Part shown: in pieces, positions 17,314 to 29,400 of the stretch
Numbering within the stretch: position 1 is the first letter of the stretch
Layout: every line of letters begins with the position of its first letter
Source of the DNA: a virus
Reading direction: 5' to 3' (one strand)
DNA length: 64,000 bases
Virus record (IMG/VR): IMGVR_UViG_3300031841_005609
Span: 1-64,000 of that record
Notes under the pieces: generated by a model
What the model was told of the DNA's origin: nothing
Database searches by the model: none
What the model saw: only the letters and a program-made list of their open reading frames with translations
Made by a program: the position numbers and the translations under genes

Positions 17314-20300
17314 TGTCAAGAAAGATTAATTTTTTCAAAGACTCTTTGTTTAAACCAAGCGTCCTTAGGTCGAGCGGAGGTAGAGAAAGTCTTTCAATTT
17401 CTGACAGCGCTCAGGATTCTTATGGTGCCGTTTATTCTTCTAGCTCCTTTAGGTTCGATCCAGCCGGCGCTGCTCTAAAAAACACTCAGCAGCTAAATGT
17501 AGATTTTTCTAAGTTTGAGAATCACACTTTTTTTAATTCTGCTAAAAACAAAGTACATGTCGCTTTTGAAAAGATCATAAATCAATACCCATTCGACGGA
17601 ACTCGATCAGAATACGAATCTTTTTTTGACAAGATAACTGGTTTTGAGAAGTATGTTTTTGATAGATTTCCCAAGAACACAGGTTTTTTAATTTTTGATA
17701 GAGATGGATCTAGCCCAGGAACTTTTCTTTCCGTGGATGACTCCAGAGGTTCAGGAGATCTAGAGTCTGATAGAAAATATGACGGACAGCCTAGACTCAA
17801 GATAGGTGAAAATCCCTTTACAATTGAGCTTAACATCTTTGTACCAAGCGGATCTGTGAATCACAATGAGGTGATAGCTCAGCGTCTTTCTCAGGGCGCT
17901 GGATACACTCTCGCTCTTTCTAGCTCTTCTGAGTCAGATTCACCCGAAGGTGAGTGTCAACTAGTCTTTATACTCTCAGACGGTTCGAAGTCAGAGTCAG
18001 TCAAAAAGAAAATTACAAAAGGTAAGTTTCATCACATCGCAGCGATATACGATAGGGGAGATACAAACAGGCTCAAGATCGTAAGAAACTTTGATTCAAC
18101 AACTCAGAGTACTGGATCGATAATATTAGATACTATTGACTTTAAAACTACGAACATGCTGATAGGATCGGGATCGAAACACAGTTATGGTAATCTCTCT
18201 TTTGAGCCGAAACAGACTCTCTCGGGAGCTTTGGATGAATTTAGATTCTTTTTATCATCTAGAACACGAGATGACCTCAAGAAGTACGGAGATAGAGAGA
18301 TTTTTGCCCAAGAAGATCTTCAGCTCTATTTTAGATTTAACGAACCTAGTGGGTCTTATAATGCTGCAGGTTTAGGTACAAACAATTTATGTCTAGACCA
18401 CTCAGGGAACGGTTTTCACACTCAGATTTCTAATTTTGATATCAGCCAAAGAGACACTTCTAGGATCGGTGTCGATTCTATCGTTGCTGAAGATCCCTCT
18501 GTGTCTCCTGTTCTTTTTCCTACGTTTGAGTCTGTAAGAAGCCTTTCAAGCGAACTTTTATCTAGTGCTTCGAACTATGACCTTAACAATCCCAACCTGA
18601 TAACAAACTTAGTTCCCAGGCATTACCTTTCTGACGAACAAAATGTAAGCAGTCTCGAAGATGAAGTTGCAGGAAACCTAGAAGGCCAACCCAGAATTAT
18701 TTTTGATCAGCCTGGCGGGAATGAAATACAACAATCACATTTAATTACGTCAATTCTTTATATGTGGGCAGAAACTTTTGATGAGATAAAAATGTTCATC
18801 GACGAACTCTCTAGAATGACAAAAGTAGATTACGACTCAAAAGATACAATTTCAGACAACATGCTGAGCTTTCTTGCTGAGTATCACTCGTTTAACCTTC
18901 CAAGTCAGTTCAATCAGTCATCAATACTTCAGTTTCAAGAAGGAAGAAACGTAACCCTTGAAAAGGCTCAGAAGAACAGGTCACTCCAGGAAATACAAAA
19001 CACTATCTGGAGAAGAATACTATCAGACCTTCCGGAAATAAGAAGAACAAAAGGGACTAGATCTTCTTTAGAGGCACTTTTAAGAAATGTAGGAATCAAC
19101 CCGGGCACTACTTTTAGAATAAAAGAATATGGGGGATCACCTAGAAAAGAAATATCCAACACATACGAAAAAAGAACTCACATTGGGTCTAGGTTAAATT
19201 TTTCGAGTTCATTTAGTCCTCAAGGAACTTTGGACGCTGAGGGAAGAGACTCAAACCGACCGGTCTTAACAACTCCGTTTCTTTCGGCATCTAGAGTGGA
19301 GCCAGGTGAGCCTCTAGCTAGAGGAGTTTTTATCAACGGAGTTAGCAATCAAAAAGGTGACGGGCTTTTTACCAGTAGCTCTTGGACCTCAGAGGCTTTC
19401 TTTTCATTTAATGGATCTCTTCCACACACCTCACCCCAGAGTTTAATGAGAATTCACACAACTGGATCTTCTTCTGGTACAGGTAACAATTGGCTTACTT
19501 TTAATCTGACTGCAGTAAAACCGAATCCGAAGACAGCAAAAACAGGATCTTTAATCTTGTTCGGAAAGCCTGACGGAAACAAAGAAGGAAATCTTCGAGT
19601 TGAGATCAACAACATCGATGTTTTTAACGGAGGTAATTGGTATATATCTTTCGGAAGAGAGGCAAAAAGCTCGAAAAACAATTATGCTTCTTCTTCCTAT
19701 TTTCTCAGAGCAGGCCAGCCAAGATATCTAAAGTCTCCTCTCTTTCGATCAAGTTCTGCTTTTTTTGATGATACTGGTGACAACACAATGAATTCAGTGG
19801 ATTCTTCTTATAATGCTTCTGGGTCTTTTGTTTGCTTTGGCAGCATGAGCTTAGGTTACGATGGATCTTCTGCTCTGAGATTTTTAAATCACGATTCAAG
19901 TTCAAACAGAGTCGACTTTACAGGAAACGTTTCTAATTTTAGATTTTTTTCCAAGGCGCTTTCCAAAAAAGAGTCAATTGCTCACGCCGAGAACCCGAAG
20001 TCTTTTGGCACTATTGATCCTTCTGTTCATTTTAGCTTTAACGAACATGTGACTGGGTCTTTTCAAAGACTACGAGTTGAATATTCTATGAATCAACCGA
20101 GCACTGGATCTAGTTCTTCGGGAGAAATAAACATAACAGACTTTTCTCAAAATAACAGACATGGTAGAGGCACTGGGTTTATACCTTCTTCAAGGGTAGT
20201 TGATCCCGTCAGATATGATCACAGGACAATTTCTCCAAAGCTAGACACCCGCTCCTCAGACAACAAAGTTAGAATAAGATCTTATTTGTCTCCTGAGCTA

Positions 20301-20789
20301 GCCGAAACAGAGGGGTCACGATTAGCCCCTGTTTACGAAATACCTTTAGAGGAAAACCCTAACGACGACAGAAGAGTTGAAATAGAAGTCTCAACAGTTC
20401 AGGCACTTAACGATGATATCATACTTCTCTTTTCTACTTTAGATTATTTTGACAATGCTATCGGAGATCCAGAGCTTGTTTTTGCATCTGAGTACAAGTC
20501 TTTGAGAGATCTTCGAAGAATATACTTTAACAGGCTTACCGACAAGATGAGTCTAATGAAGTTCTTTTCTTTTTTCAAGTGGTTTGATGACACTGTGGGA
20601 GACGTTCTAGAGGATTTAGTACCCAGATCTTCGAAATATATGGGTGCTAATTTCATAATAGAGAGTCATTCTCTAGAGAGGCCCAAGTTTACTTATGCAT
20701 ATACTGATATGTATCTAGGAGAGCTTGAGAGGCCCAACCCGGGCGAAATATTCGTTCAGCAACTTATTGGTATCCTTAAGAAGAGGTAG
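17313..20789 (+). CDS. Large baseplate/tail structural protein with LamG (concanavalin-like) domains
   Basis: FTIELNI, FHHIAAIYD, LSGALDEFRFF, LYFRFNE, and a second FTGNVSNFRFF; also a gpI/gp7-like stretch IWRRILSDLPEIRRTKGTRSSLEALL. Confidence 0.7.
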   Translation: MSRKINFFKDSLFKPSVLRSSGGRESLSISDSAQDSYGAVYSSSSFRFDPAGAALKNTQQLNVDFSKFENHTFFNSAKNKVHVAFEKIINQYPFDGTRSEYESFFDKITGFEKYVFDRFPKNTGFLIFDRDGSSPGTFLSVDDSRGSGDLESDRKYDGQPRLKIGENPFTIELNIFVPSGSVNHNEVIAQRLSQGAGYTLALSSSSESDSPEGECQLVFILSDGSKSESVKKKITKGKFHHIAAIYDRGDTNRLKIVRNFDSTTQSTGSIILDTIDFKTTNMLIGSGSKHSYGNLSFEPKQTLSGALDEFRFFLSSRTRDDLKKYGDREIFAQEDLQLYFRFNEPSGSYNAAGLGTNNLCLDHSGNGFHTQISNFDISQRDTSRIGVDSIVAEDPSVSPVLFPTFESVRSLSSELLSSASNYDLNNPNLITNLVPRHYLSDEQNVSSLEDEVAGNLEGQPRIIFDQPGGNEIQQSHLITSILYMWAETFDEIKMFIDELSRMTKVDYDSKDTISDNMLSFLAEYHSFNLPSQFNQSSILQFQEGRNVTLEKAQKNRSLQEIQNTIWRRILSDLPEIRRTKGTRSSLEALLRNVGINPGTTFRIKEYGGSPRKEISNTYEKRTHIGSRLNFSSSFSPQGTLDAEGRDSNRPVLTTPFLSASRVEPGEPLARGVFINGVSNQKGDGLFTSSSWTSEAFFSFNGSLPHTSPQSLMRIHTTGSSSGTGNNWLTFNLTAVKPNPKTAKTGSLILFGKPDGNKEGNLRVEINNIDVFNGGNWYISFGREAKSSKNNYASSSYFLRAGQPRYLKSPLFRSSSAFFDDTGDNTMNSVDSSYNASGSFVCFGSMSLGYDGSSALRFLNHDSSSNRVDFTGNVSNFRFFSKALSKKESIAHAENPKSFGTIDPSVHFSFNEHVTGSFQRLRVEYSMNQPSTGSSSSGEINITDFSQNNRHGRGTGFIPSSRVVDPVRYDHRTISPKLDTRSSDNKVRIRSYLSPELAETEGSRLAPVYEIPLEENPNDDRRVEIEVSTVQALNDDIILLFSTLDYFDNAIGDPELVFASEYKSLRDLRRIYFNRLTDKMSLMKFFSFFKWFDDTVGDVLEDLVPRSSKYMGANFIIESHSLERPKFTYAYTDMYLGELERPNPGEIFVQQLIGILKKR

Positions 20790-20791
20790 AG

Positions 20792-22078
20792 ATGTCTAGC
20801 GTTAGAATACTAAGCGGATCTTTAACTAAGGGATCTATTTCTTACGATATAAATGAGGAAGGCACTCTTAGTGGATCTCATGTGTATGGAGCAGAGGCGT
20901 ACGCTGACGGAGCAAATCTGAGAAGTTACAATCAGATCTTTCGAAGAGTGATGATTTTCCCCAGACCAAACACATCAGACAAGCTTCTCGTTGGTGGAAA
21001 GCCCATAGGAATGAAGTACGACGACGGAATTACTCCAACTTCTCCTCGTCGTCAAAAGTTTTCAAAGTACTCTGTTTGGGGAAAGCTCTATGACGCGTCC
21101 CGATTTCCTGGATCCACCAGAATAGATTCTACTACTACTTTTCTCATGACTGTTCCGCCTGGTTTTCCCGGCGGCGGATTTTTTCTTACAAGAGAAGTTG
21201 TCAACACAGAGACTAAGATTTACGTAACTCCTGAAGAGGCCACTGACGATCAACCTTACGGCGACTTAGTTTTCGACGTAGTTGCTGAGCTCGAGCAAGA
21301 TCCCTATCATCGAGTTCAAGTAAGATATAATCCAATACTTTCTACAATTTCTTTTGTAGCCCATAAATTAGGAGCAAACCTCGACGTCGGAACCCTTTTT
21401 ACAGGTCAATCCATATTTCAAGCCGACACTAAGAAAAAAATAACGCAGGTCATAAATCACGAAATGGAGCAGAGAGACATAGGGTATCCCGCTCTCTATG
21501 ATGACGGTCTCCCTTTCAAGGAGGAAATCGCCCCTGAGAATCCTGTAGAGCTTGTAAAAACACATCCGCAAAATGTTTACCTACCTCTGACGCTAGTAGA
21601 TCCTGGAAATGCTCTTTCCATGAACGGAGTTTTAGAACCCCTAGGCATAAGAAGCAACATTGACATCTCTGGTCTTGAAATTCCTTTCACCACAAGAGGC
21701 TTGAGAGGAACATTGGGATCTGGTGAAGATGTTTACAGAAACAGTGTGGTGATCTCTGAAGGTTATAATGATGGTGATCCAAAGGTTGTTCCTTTCCTAG
21801 ATGCTGTTGAATACTTTGGGCCTGTTGAGCTACCGCCTGTGTTCGAGCCAGATGAAACGCAGATTAAGAAATTTTCGGACACAAGTCACATGAGAGAGAT
21901 ATATTTCGAAAAGAGAGCAAAAAAAGGCGTGAACGTCTCCCAAGATTTTAGAACTGTCTTGATAAGCGGTTCTTTCGATACTTCTGATTTTGAGTCATTC
22001 GATTACGAAGGAACCAGAGGTACTCAATATTTCGGCGGCGGAACAGATTCCATAGTTTACGGAGGCTTGAAGAAATAA
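20792..22078 (+). CDS. Hypothetical virion structural protein
   Basis: Within the baseplate operon; AGAGG SD; translationally coupled to the next gene. Confidence 0.55.
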   Translation: MSSVRILSGSLTKGSISYDINEEGTLSGSHVYGAEAYADGANLRSYNQIFRRVMIFPRPNTSDKLLVGGKPIGMKYDDGITPTSPRRQKFSKYSVWGKLYDASRFPGSTRIDSTTTFLMTVPPGFPGGGFFLTREVVNTETKIYVTPEEATDDQPYGDLVFDVVAELEQDPYHRVQVRYNPILSTISFVAHKLGANLDVGTLFTGQSIFQADTKKKITQVINHEMEQRDIGYPALYDDGLPFKEEIAPENPVELVKTHPQNVYLPLTLVDPGNALSMNGVLEPLGIRSNIDISGLEIPFTTRGLRGTLGSGEDVYRNSVVISEGYNDGDPKVVPFLDAVEYFGPVELPPVFEPDETQIKKFSDTSHMREIYFEKRAKKGVNVSQDFRTVLISGSFDTSDFESFDYEGTRGTQYFGGGTDSIVYGGLKK

Positions 22079-25000
22079 TGCCAAAAGCAGGATCCAGCTT
22101 AACGTATGACTTACTAAGACAGATGAACTCACCTTCGGGTTTTTCTTATACGGCTTACGACTCTTTGTATGCTTGGTATAAGTTTGACGAAACCCTGACA
22201 GCTTCAGGAGAACTTACTGATTATTCCAACAACTCTAGGGGCATTGGCCCGAAGAATGACTCATCTTTACTAACGCCCGGAGCTCCTACTAGCGATTCTC
22301 CTTTCTTGAAGTCTTTCGATCGGAAATCTATAAATTTTGCCAACGATCTCTTGGTGAATGACAATGACTCTGATTTCGTTCTAGACGAGGGGTTCACAGT
22401 TGCAACTTGGATAAAAGTCGACGCATTCTCCGGGACGCACGTAGCAGCTTATCAAGGAAACGCTACTGGGCAGCCTGAGACTGCCGGAGAGTTTTCTTTT
22501 GTACTAAAGGTTGGGAAAGGAATCTATTCAAACCCTTCAGTTGATCTTTTCATAGGCGATGCTTCGAACAATGGCGAAATCTACGTAAGGTCTAATTACA
22601 TAGCCTTGAACACTTTCGATTCAGATAAGTGGGTTCATGTCGCAGCTTCTTACGACGGAGGAGATAATCCCGATTCAATATCTCTCTATCTTAACGGAGA
22701 AAAACTAGGCATCAGAGACAGAGGAGAAAACAATTTCACTAGCATGACCGGACCTTCGGGCGGAAGGTTCTGTGTAGGTAATTCTTTTGGAGGCTCTACA
22801 AGCTACGATTTCGATGGATCGTACGCAGAACTAGCAGTCTGGTCAAAAGTTCTAAAAAGCTCCGAGATTTACGGAATCTACTCACTTTCTCAAGGTGCAT
22901 TCTTACCCACTTCGGGAATTTTGACAAATCCAGTTCGAACTATTATAAGAGAGAACGATTATAGAACTGGGTCTTACCCCACTAACTTGAGGACTGGTGA
23001 TCCTGATTTTGTTGGAAACAGAGTCGTAGAACCTTACAATGACAGAAACACGCTTGATTTTAAGACAGGCTTTCCCAGGGGAAAGATACAAATAAAAACA
23101 GGTATAGATTCGATGGAAGGTTACGTTTTTGGGCTTACTGGATCTAACGGAACCACCAAAGAGTTTGAGGTAATAAGAGCCTCCATTCCAAACCCAGCCG
23201 GCGGCTTTTATGGGCTTAGAAGGGTTTTAAATGCTACTCCTGTTTATGTCAATCCAAATAAAACAAAGCTTACCGATTCTCTAGGAATGACGCCAGGAGG
23301 AAATCGGCACGTCGCCTATATGCTTTCTGTCTGTATTAATAACGATCCTGACCTAGAACTGAAAGCAGAGCCAGTAAGCGGCTCTGTTTATATGCAGAGC
23401 ATCAACGGAAAGAGAAACGTAGACTCGAACGGAAGAATATCGGTTTACAATCCTTTAATGGGTTCTCCCAAAGACAGAGACTATAAAGTAACAAACTTTG
23501 TTCGGGATTTTACAACAGTTAATGCTGCTACGAAGCTCACTATAAGCAGCCCGTTTGATAGAAACAATATTAGTACCCCTAACTCTCTGCCGGATATCAT
23601 GATCGAAGGAGGCATTTTACCAGGAATATCAGATCATGGAATTCACTTCTCTCCTGGAGAAAACATTAGTCCATTTGATGACAGAAAGTACTCAATAGGA
23701 AGTACTAAGTACTACGAGGAAGGAACTCCTGTTTCTATTTTACCTGGATTTTCTTCTCCCTTGAGTTCTAAAACTCAGATAGTCATAAATCTAAGTTCTT
23801 CAAATGGTCCGAATGGAACTGGAACAGCTTTGTATTTTGCAACTGGAGTAAACGGTGACGGCGCCCCAGCCGAAGCCGGTCCCGAAGGATTGTATCATCC
23901 AGAAATAACGACATCTTCAAACGCACCCGGATTTTCTTACTGGGATGATGTTCTTAAAAAGTGGACTTTAAAAAAAGAGATAGTCGATCCCCCGGGAATA
24001 TCTTTGGCCTATACAACAGCTGGGATACCCTTGAACAGTCTTATGTCGTACACCCAGGCTAGAATTTTTGGATACAGAGGTTTCACAGCACCTGTTTACA
24101 TCGACCATCCCTTGAGTGATAGCAGCGGAATTACAAGCCAGACTCTGGATTATTACCGACTTACAGCTGGCGAGATATCAAATGAAACTATAGTTAGAAA
24201 AAAGATAGACCGATTAAAGAGTTGTGCCCAGCCCACTGTTTCTCTGCAGTTTCCACTAGGGATGCAATATCAACCCTCCGGATCTCAGTACATAGAAATG
24301 AAAAACAAGATTGGAACTCCTTTTCTTGTTGAGAAGATCAAAGTCGATATCGATGTAAATCTGGGTATTTCAAGCAATCAAGATCTTGAAACAATAGCAT
24401 TTAGAAAGTTTTTCATTCTTTGTCAAACAAACGAACCAGAAGGAAAAGTACCCGAACAGAAAAATCAAATACCAATATCTGAGACGTGGTATCAAAGAAG
24501 TAAATCTTTCTTAAGAGAAGGACTTTCTCAAGGGTACAGAGAGATAATCACTTACGGCAGAATCGGAGTTGCAAACGTAGCCAACAACTATTCTAGCTCG
24601 AGCCTATATAATGATCTTAAGAATTCTTTTGACGCTTTTGTCACTTACACAGGAGAAGATCAAGCACGACTCGGCGTCACCTCTAGCTTGAGTCTGGAAA
24701 TAGAGCCCAGAGTTGCCGAGAAACAGTCCATGGCTGGTTTTTTTACAACTTTTTCTGCTAATGACTACAGCAATGCTGGAACCAGCCCGCTATCCACTAC
24801 TGCTTGGCACTATGATAGAGACTCAAATCCAGGAGGTCCAGCTTTAAATGGAAGAGCATCGGGTAGACACTTAGGCCCTTCCCTGGAAGCTTCTGATATC
24901 GATCCCAATAACGATCCTCTCGTTGTGACTTCTTTAGACTCATCTACTGCTTCTTTTTTACCTAAGAAGGAATACTTTAAGACGTCACCCTACATGATCT

Positions 25001-26460
25001 TTCCTTCGGATAAGCTGATAATTGGCTGGGAAAACATCCCAGAGTTTTACTCTTCTCTCCAGGAAGTAAAAGACAATGCTGAAGAGATGGTCGACAGAAT
25101 CAAAAACTTAAAGATAACTCTTTTCGGTTCACAGGTTGTAGGAGGGGTTGAGCATCACGATACTTCAAACCAGCCCTTGACATCGCCTGGCATTCACGAG
25201 GCAATACTCGGTGATCCTGTCGTCGACAAGTGGGACGTTGAACCTTTGATCACCATGACTGGATCGATCTACGACGCCAATGTTTTCGGATCAATGGTGA
25301 ACAATCATGAACCCTCTGGTTCTGAAAGAGGAGTAATAAGTTCGAAAACAAAACAGTACGTCTCTCTTCGAGATCCAAGTAGTTCGAATACAACTGCTGT
25401 GAAGATAACAACCAGTTCCTTCAGCAGAACAGTTCCTTTGGTCGACAATAACGTTGTTTACTACGATTCAGCTGTTCCACCCCCTGGGGCTTTTCTCTCT
25501 GAGATCTTACCGTCAAATACTCTTGCGGAAAGAAAGACAGTAGGTTCTATTGTTAGATACGGACTACAGCTAAGTACTGCCGCCGGCGAACCTACAAGAA
25601 GAGCTGCACCTTTCTTAGGTCTCTTCAATGACCCAGAGATTAATGCCTCTAGAAACAGATTTTTACCATCAAATCCCTTTCTCTACAAGGGCAAAACAGC
25701 ATTTAGAAGAGCTTCTGACGGTTCGAACAGAAGATTCAGCAATCTTTTCTTCGAGGACAGAGTATTTTCAGGATCTTTTCAGAGAATCCACGGAGTTTCA
25801 GTAGGTTCTACAAGTCAGCGTCAAAACAGATCTTCTTATACTTCTGAGCCAAGTGGAAGTGTACCTCTAAAAGTAGTTTCATTTGCATCTCCGGTCCCTG
25901 AGGATCTTTTTCAAAATGTTTTAATCATGAGGAAGCGCCATAGAAGAGAAGTCGCAATTAGAGAAACAAGAAGTCTGTACAACACACTTTATGGAATTCC
26001 AAAATATCTAAGCGATGGTTCGATAAGATTTCCAGTTAGGCCCGCCGGAGCCTTTGGCGTGACTGATAACATCGAGGGTTTCAAGTATGGACTTATGAAC
26101 ACCACACCGGTCTCACCTGTATATCATTTTTCTAGAACTTCTCATGGCAACTTTAGAGACTTGATGTTCTCACCTCCCGAAGGAATGATGAGAGGTCTCT
26201 ACAAGGTTCTCGATCCAGAAGATATCGTTGACGGAAAGCGAAAATCCGGACTTGACGAAGAAGGAAGTCCTGTTAGAATTAGATTTGTATCAAGAGCCGG
26301 CGAACCCGACGTAGACCCTAGAACTACAAATGCTCAGAATCTTCATAAGTTTTCTTCTTCTTCTTTCCCTTATTTTGACGAGATATCAAAGGACAGGGAT
26401 GTTGTTAAGAGTCCTCCTCCTGATGGAGATCTTGAGTCTTATGAAATTGAATTTGAGTAA
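22078..26460 (+). CDS. Large virion protein with N-terminal LamG domain
   Basis: AWYKFDE, FTVATWIK, WVHVAASYDG, LYLNG and FDGSYAELAVWSKVL. Confidence 0.7.
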   Translation: MPKAGSSLTYDLLRQMNSPSGFSYTAYDSLYAWYKFDETLTASGELTDYSNNSRGIGPKNDSSLLTPGAPTSDSPFLKSFDRKSINFANDLLVNDNDSDFVLDEGFTVATWIKVDAFSGTHVAAYQGNATGQPETAGEFSFVLKVGKGIYSNPSVDLFIGDASNNGEIYVRSNYIALNTFDSDKWVHVAASYDGGDNPDSISLYLNGEKLGIRDRGENNFTSMTGPSGGRFCVGNSFGGSTSYDFDGSYAELAVWSKVLKSSEIYGIYSLSQGAFLPTSGILTNPVRTIIRENDYRTGSYPTNLRTGDPDFVGNRVVEPYNDRNTLDFKTGFPRGKIQIKTGIDSMEGYVFGLTGSNGTTKEFEVIRASIPNPAGGFYGLRRVLNATPVYVNPNKTKLTDSLGMTPGGNRHVAYMLSVCINNDPDLELKAEPVSGSVYMQSINGKRNVDSNGRISVYNPLMGSPKDRDYKVTNFVRDFTTVNAATKLTISSPFDRNNISTPNSLPDIMIEGGILPGISDHGIHFSPGENISPFDDRKYSIGSTKYYEEGTPVSILPGFSSPLSSKTQIVINLSSSNGPNGTGTALYFATGVNGDGAPAEAGPEGLYHPEITTSSNAPGFSYWDDVLKKWTLKKEIVDPPGISLAYTTAGIPLNSLMSYTQARIFGYRGFTAPVYIDHPLSDSSGITSQTLDYYRLTAGEISNETIVRKKIDRLKSCAQPTVSLQFPLGMQYQPSGSQYIEMKNKIGTPFLVEKIKVDIDVNLGISSNQDLETIAFRKFFILCQTNEPEGKVPEQKNQIPISETWYQRSKSFLREGLSQGYREIITYGRIGVANVANNYSSSSLYNDLKNSFDAFVTYTGEDQARLGVTSSLSLEIEPRVAEKQSMAGFFTTFSANDYSNAGTSPLSTTAWHYDRDSNPGGPALNGRASGRHLGPSLEASDIDPNNDPLVVTSLDSSTASFLPKKEYFKTSPYMIFPSDKLIIGWENIPEFYSSLQEVKDNAEEMVDRIKNLKITLFGSQVVGGVEHHDTSNQPLTSPGIHEAILGDPVVDKWDVEPLITMTGSIYDANVFGSMVNNHEPSGSERGVISSKTKQYVSLRDPSSSNTTAVKITTSSFSRTVPLVDNNVVYYDSAVPPPGAFLSEILPSNTLAERKTVGSIVRYGLQLSTAAGEPTRRAAPFLGLFNDPEINASRNRFLPSNPFLYKGKTAFRRASDGSNRRFSNLFFEDRVFSGSFQRIHGVSVGSTSQRQNRSSYTSEPSGSVPLKVVSFASPVPEDLFQNVLIMRKRHRREVAIRETRSLYNTLYGIPKYLSDGSIRFPVRPAGAFGVTDNIEGFKYGLMNTTPVSPVYHFSRTSHGNFRDLMFSPPEGMMRGLYKVLDPEDIVDGKRKSGLDEEGSPVRIRFVSRAGEPDVDPRTTNAQNLHKFSSSSFPYFDEISKDRDVVKSPPPDGDLESYEIEFE

Positions 26461-26486
26461 TTTTATTAGAGGTCTAGTTTAAGATT

Positions 26487-29400
26487 ATGTCAAAGCAATA
26501 TATTGATAAGAAAAAAGCAAAAAAAGCCAAAAAAATAGTCGTCCGAAACAGAAGTGGAGAGGTCACCAACACTGTAATTCCCGGAGGTCTTTCAGTTGGT
26601 GTCAAGGGAGAAAACGACGGACTCACTGTTTACGGAGAGTCAACCTTCGAAGGCACCATCAACGCTGAAAGAATCTTAATCGATGGTTTACCTGTAGAAT
26701 CCTCAGCCACCGCCGGCGCAAACTTTTTCTTTACAACAAATATTCTCACTGTTGAAGCAACACCTGACTATGCCTATCCGGCGAACGGAGCCGACTGGGC
26801 GACCGATTTTAGCGGCGCGCCCAGTGCCAAGATGGACGGATCTTTATCGTCAGGAACTAGGCTCACTACACCAGGCAACGACTATTCGAATACTTCTCTT
26901 GGTGGGGACTCTAATATCGATACTAACGAGTATCTTGTTGATGGTTCGAACGCAACTGCTGAAACTGATAAAGGGACCTCTCTCACCGTCTCTCTAGAGG
27001 GACATGACGATCTTTCTCCCAACGACTTTAGAATCAATATGAAAAGGGGTTCTAAGACAGTAGCTGCCCTTCGAATAACAAAAGACGTTGGTGGAAATCA
27101 AATTCTCACGCTTGTAGATTTGACACAGCACGAGGATGAGTCAAACTCAGATACATTTGCCAGCATATCAGTTGCCATTCCATACAAGTTGAATCTAGGT
27201 TCGGGTATAGTTGACCTTACAAGGGTTCTTGTGATTCAAAAGCTCATCGGTGGTTCTGATGGCTCTGATGGGGCTGACGGCTCGGATGGAGCCCCTGGAG
27301 CAGACGGAAGCGATGGTTCTGCAGGAACCGACGCAAGAGCAGTTCACTTAACTGTTTCTTCTGGGAAAAACGTAATAATATACGATCAAGACGGTGCTAA
27401 TCCCTCGCCTTCCTCGATCACGATTTCTGCGACTGATCAGAATGTTCCCGATGGAACAGATGCAAAATTTAGATTTCTTTTAAATGACTCGGAAGTTCAG
27501 TCTTCTTCAACGACTTCAACTTATACTTTTAGTGCTCCTTCCTCAATAGAGGACTCTTCTCTTCCTTTAAAGTTCGAAGTAGAGCTCAGGGAAGGCGATG
27601 GTTCTACAGTCAAAGCTACAGATCAAATAACAATCCCGGGCGTTAGGGATGGTTCTGATGCATATACTGTAGTTTTGGAAAACGAAGCTCACACGATACC
27701 TGCAGATTCGAGTGGAACTGTAATTGATCCGGACGGATCAGGAGATCTAACAGGATACGAAAATTCTGGCACAAAGATTGTGGTCTATAAGGGATCAACT
27801 CAATTAACAGGTCTAACTGCAGGAAGTACTCCTTCTACCGGACAATATGTTGTTGCATCATCAGTTCAGCAAGGCACCATCACGGTAGGATCGTACACAG
27901 TAAATTCAGACGGCGATGTTGTAATACCAGATCACTCTTCCTTTACATCTGAGACTGCTATCATCTCTTACACGATTAACGCCGAGGGTTCTGCAAACAT
28001 CACCAAGTTGCAGTCCTTGACAAAATCCAGAAGAGGTGTAGACGGAGTCGATGGTGCAAACGGATCAGACGGCTCGGACGGAGCAGCAGGTAGGACTGTT
28101 AAGCTCACAACCACACACCAGGCGATCGTGTACGATGCCGCAGAGGGCAATCCAGTTCCAGACGGAGAGTCCTCTGGTCAGCTAGTAACAATCACTGCTA
28201 CGGCGATCAACTCATCTGGAACACCTTATTACAGATTTTTTAAAGATGACTCCGTAGTCCAGGGAGGTTCTTATGGAGGTACTGACAACACATACTCTTA
28301 CGTCCCGGAATCTTCTTATGCTAATATGCCCGACAAGATCGAAGTAGAACTTAGAGAGGGAAACACAGCAGACGATCCGATCTTAGCCAGAGATCAGATA
28401 ACGATCTTTGGTCTTAAGCCAGGAAATGATGGCTACTCAGTACTGTTAGGAAACGAAGCCCACACTATTCCAGCCAATGCTGACGGAACGTTCGAATCGG
28501 GTGCCTTTGCTGGGTCTGGAACCACTCTAAACGTTTTCAAAGGTACAACTCAACTTAAGCACACGACAACCTCTAACGCAGGGTCTGGGTTCTACAGATA
28601 TGCTGTGAGTGCAACCAACATATCAGCTGACGGGTCTCCTGATACTTCTTCTAGCATATATGAAGTTGTCTACGGAGATGCTGCTTCCGCCGGAGATGAC
28701 TCTGTGGATAACGATACTGCCTCCATAGAATTTACAATCTACGCCGAAGAAGGTAGTGCTGATGGCGCTACGATCACAAAGACGCAGACTTTCTCTAAAT
28801 CTAAGAGAGGTAATAATGGTACGAATGGAGCAAATGGTACTGACGGTAAGACAGTAAAGCTTTCTGTCTCTTCGGGCAAGCAAGGTATTGCTTATTCTGC
28901 CGCCGGCGGCTCTCCCGACCCTAGTAGCTGCACTATTCTTGCTACTAGATTTGGCCCATCGGTCGGTGCTGGAGATTCTGTTTTTTATCGATTTAAGATT
29001 GATGGCGTTGTCCAAGGATCAGGTTTTACATCCGGAGTCGGAGCCAATGAGCTTGATTACACTCCTCCTTCAAGCTATGATGATATGCCAGATGCAATTC
29101 TTGTAGAGATGGGAGAAGGAACAAACGCATCAGACGCCGCAAGCAATGTAGTTGCTCAAGACGAGCTCACCATGTTCGGGCTGAAGCCGGGAGAGAACGG
29201 AGAAGATGCTTACACAATGATTCTGACCAACGAGTCTCATTCGTTGCCAGCAGTAAGCACCTCTCCCACAGACGCAGTCTACACAGGTTCCGGAACAACT
29301 GTTCGAGTATACAAGGGCACAACAGAACTGACAGCTGTTACGTCTTCTCCGGGCGCTACTGAATATACCGTAGTTGCAGAAGGGACAAATATTGACCCGA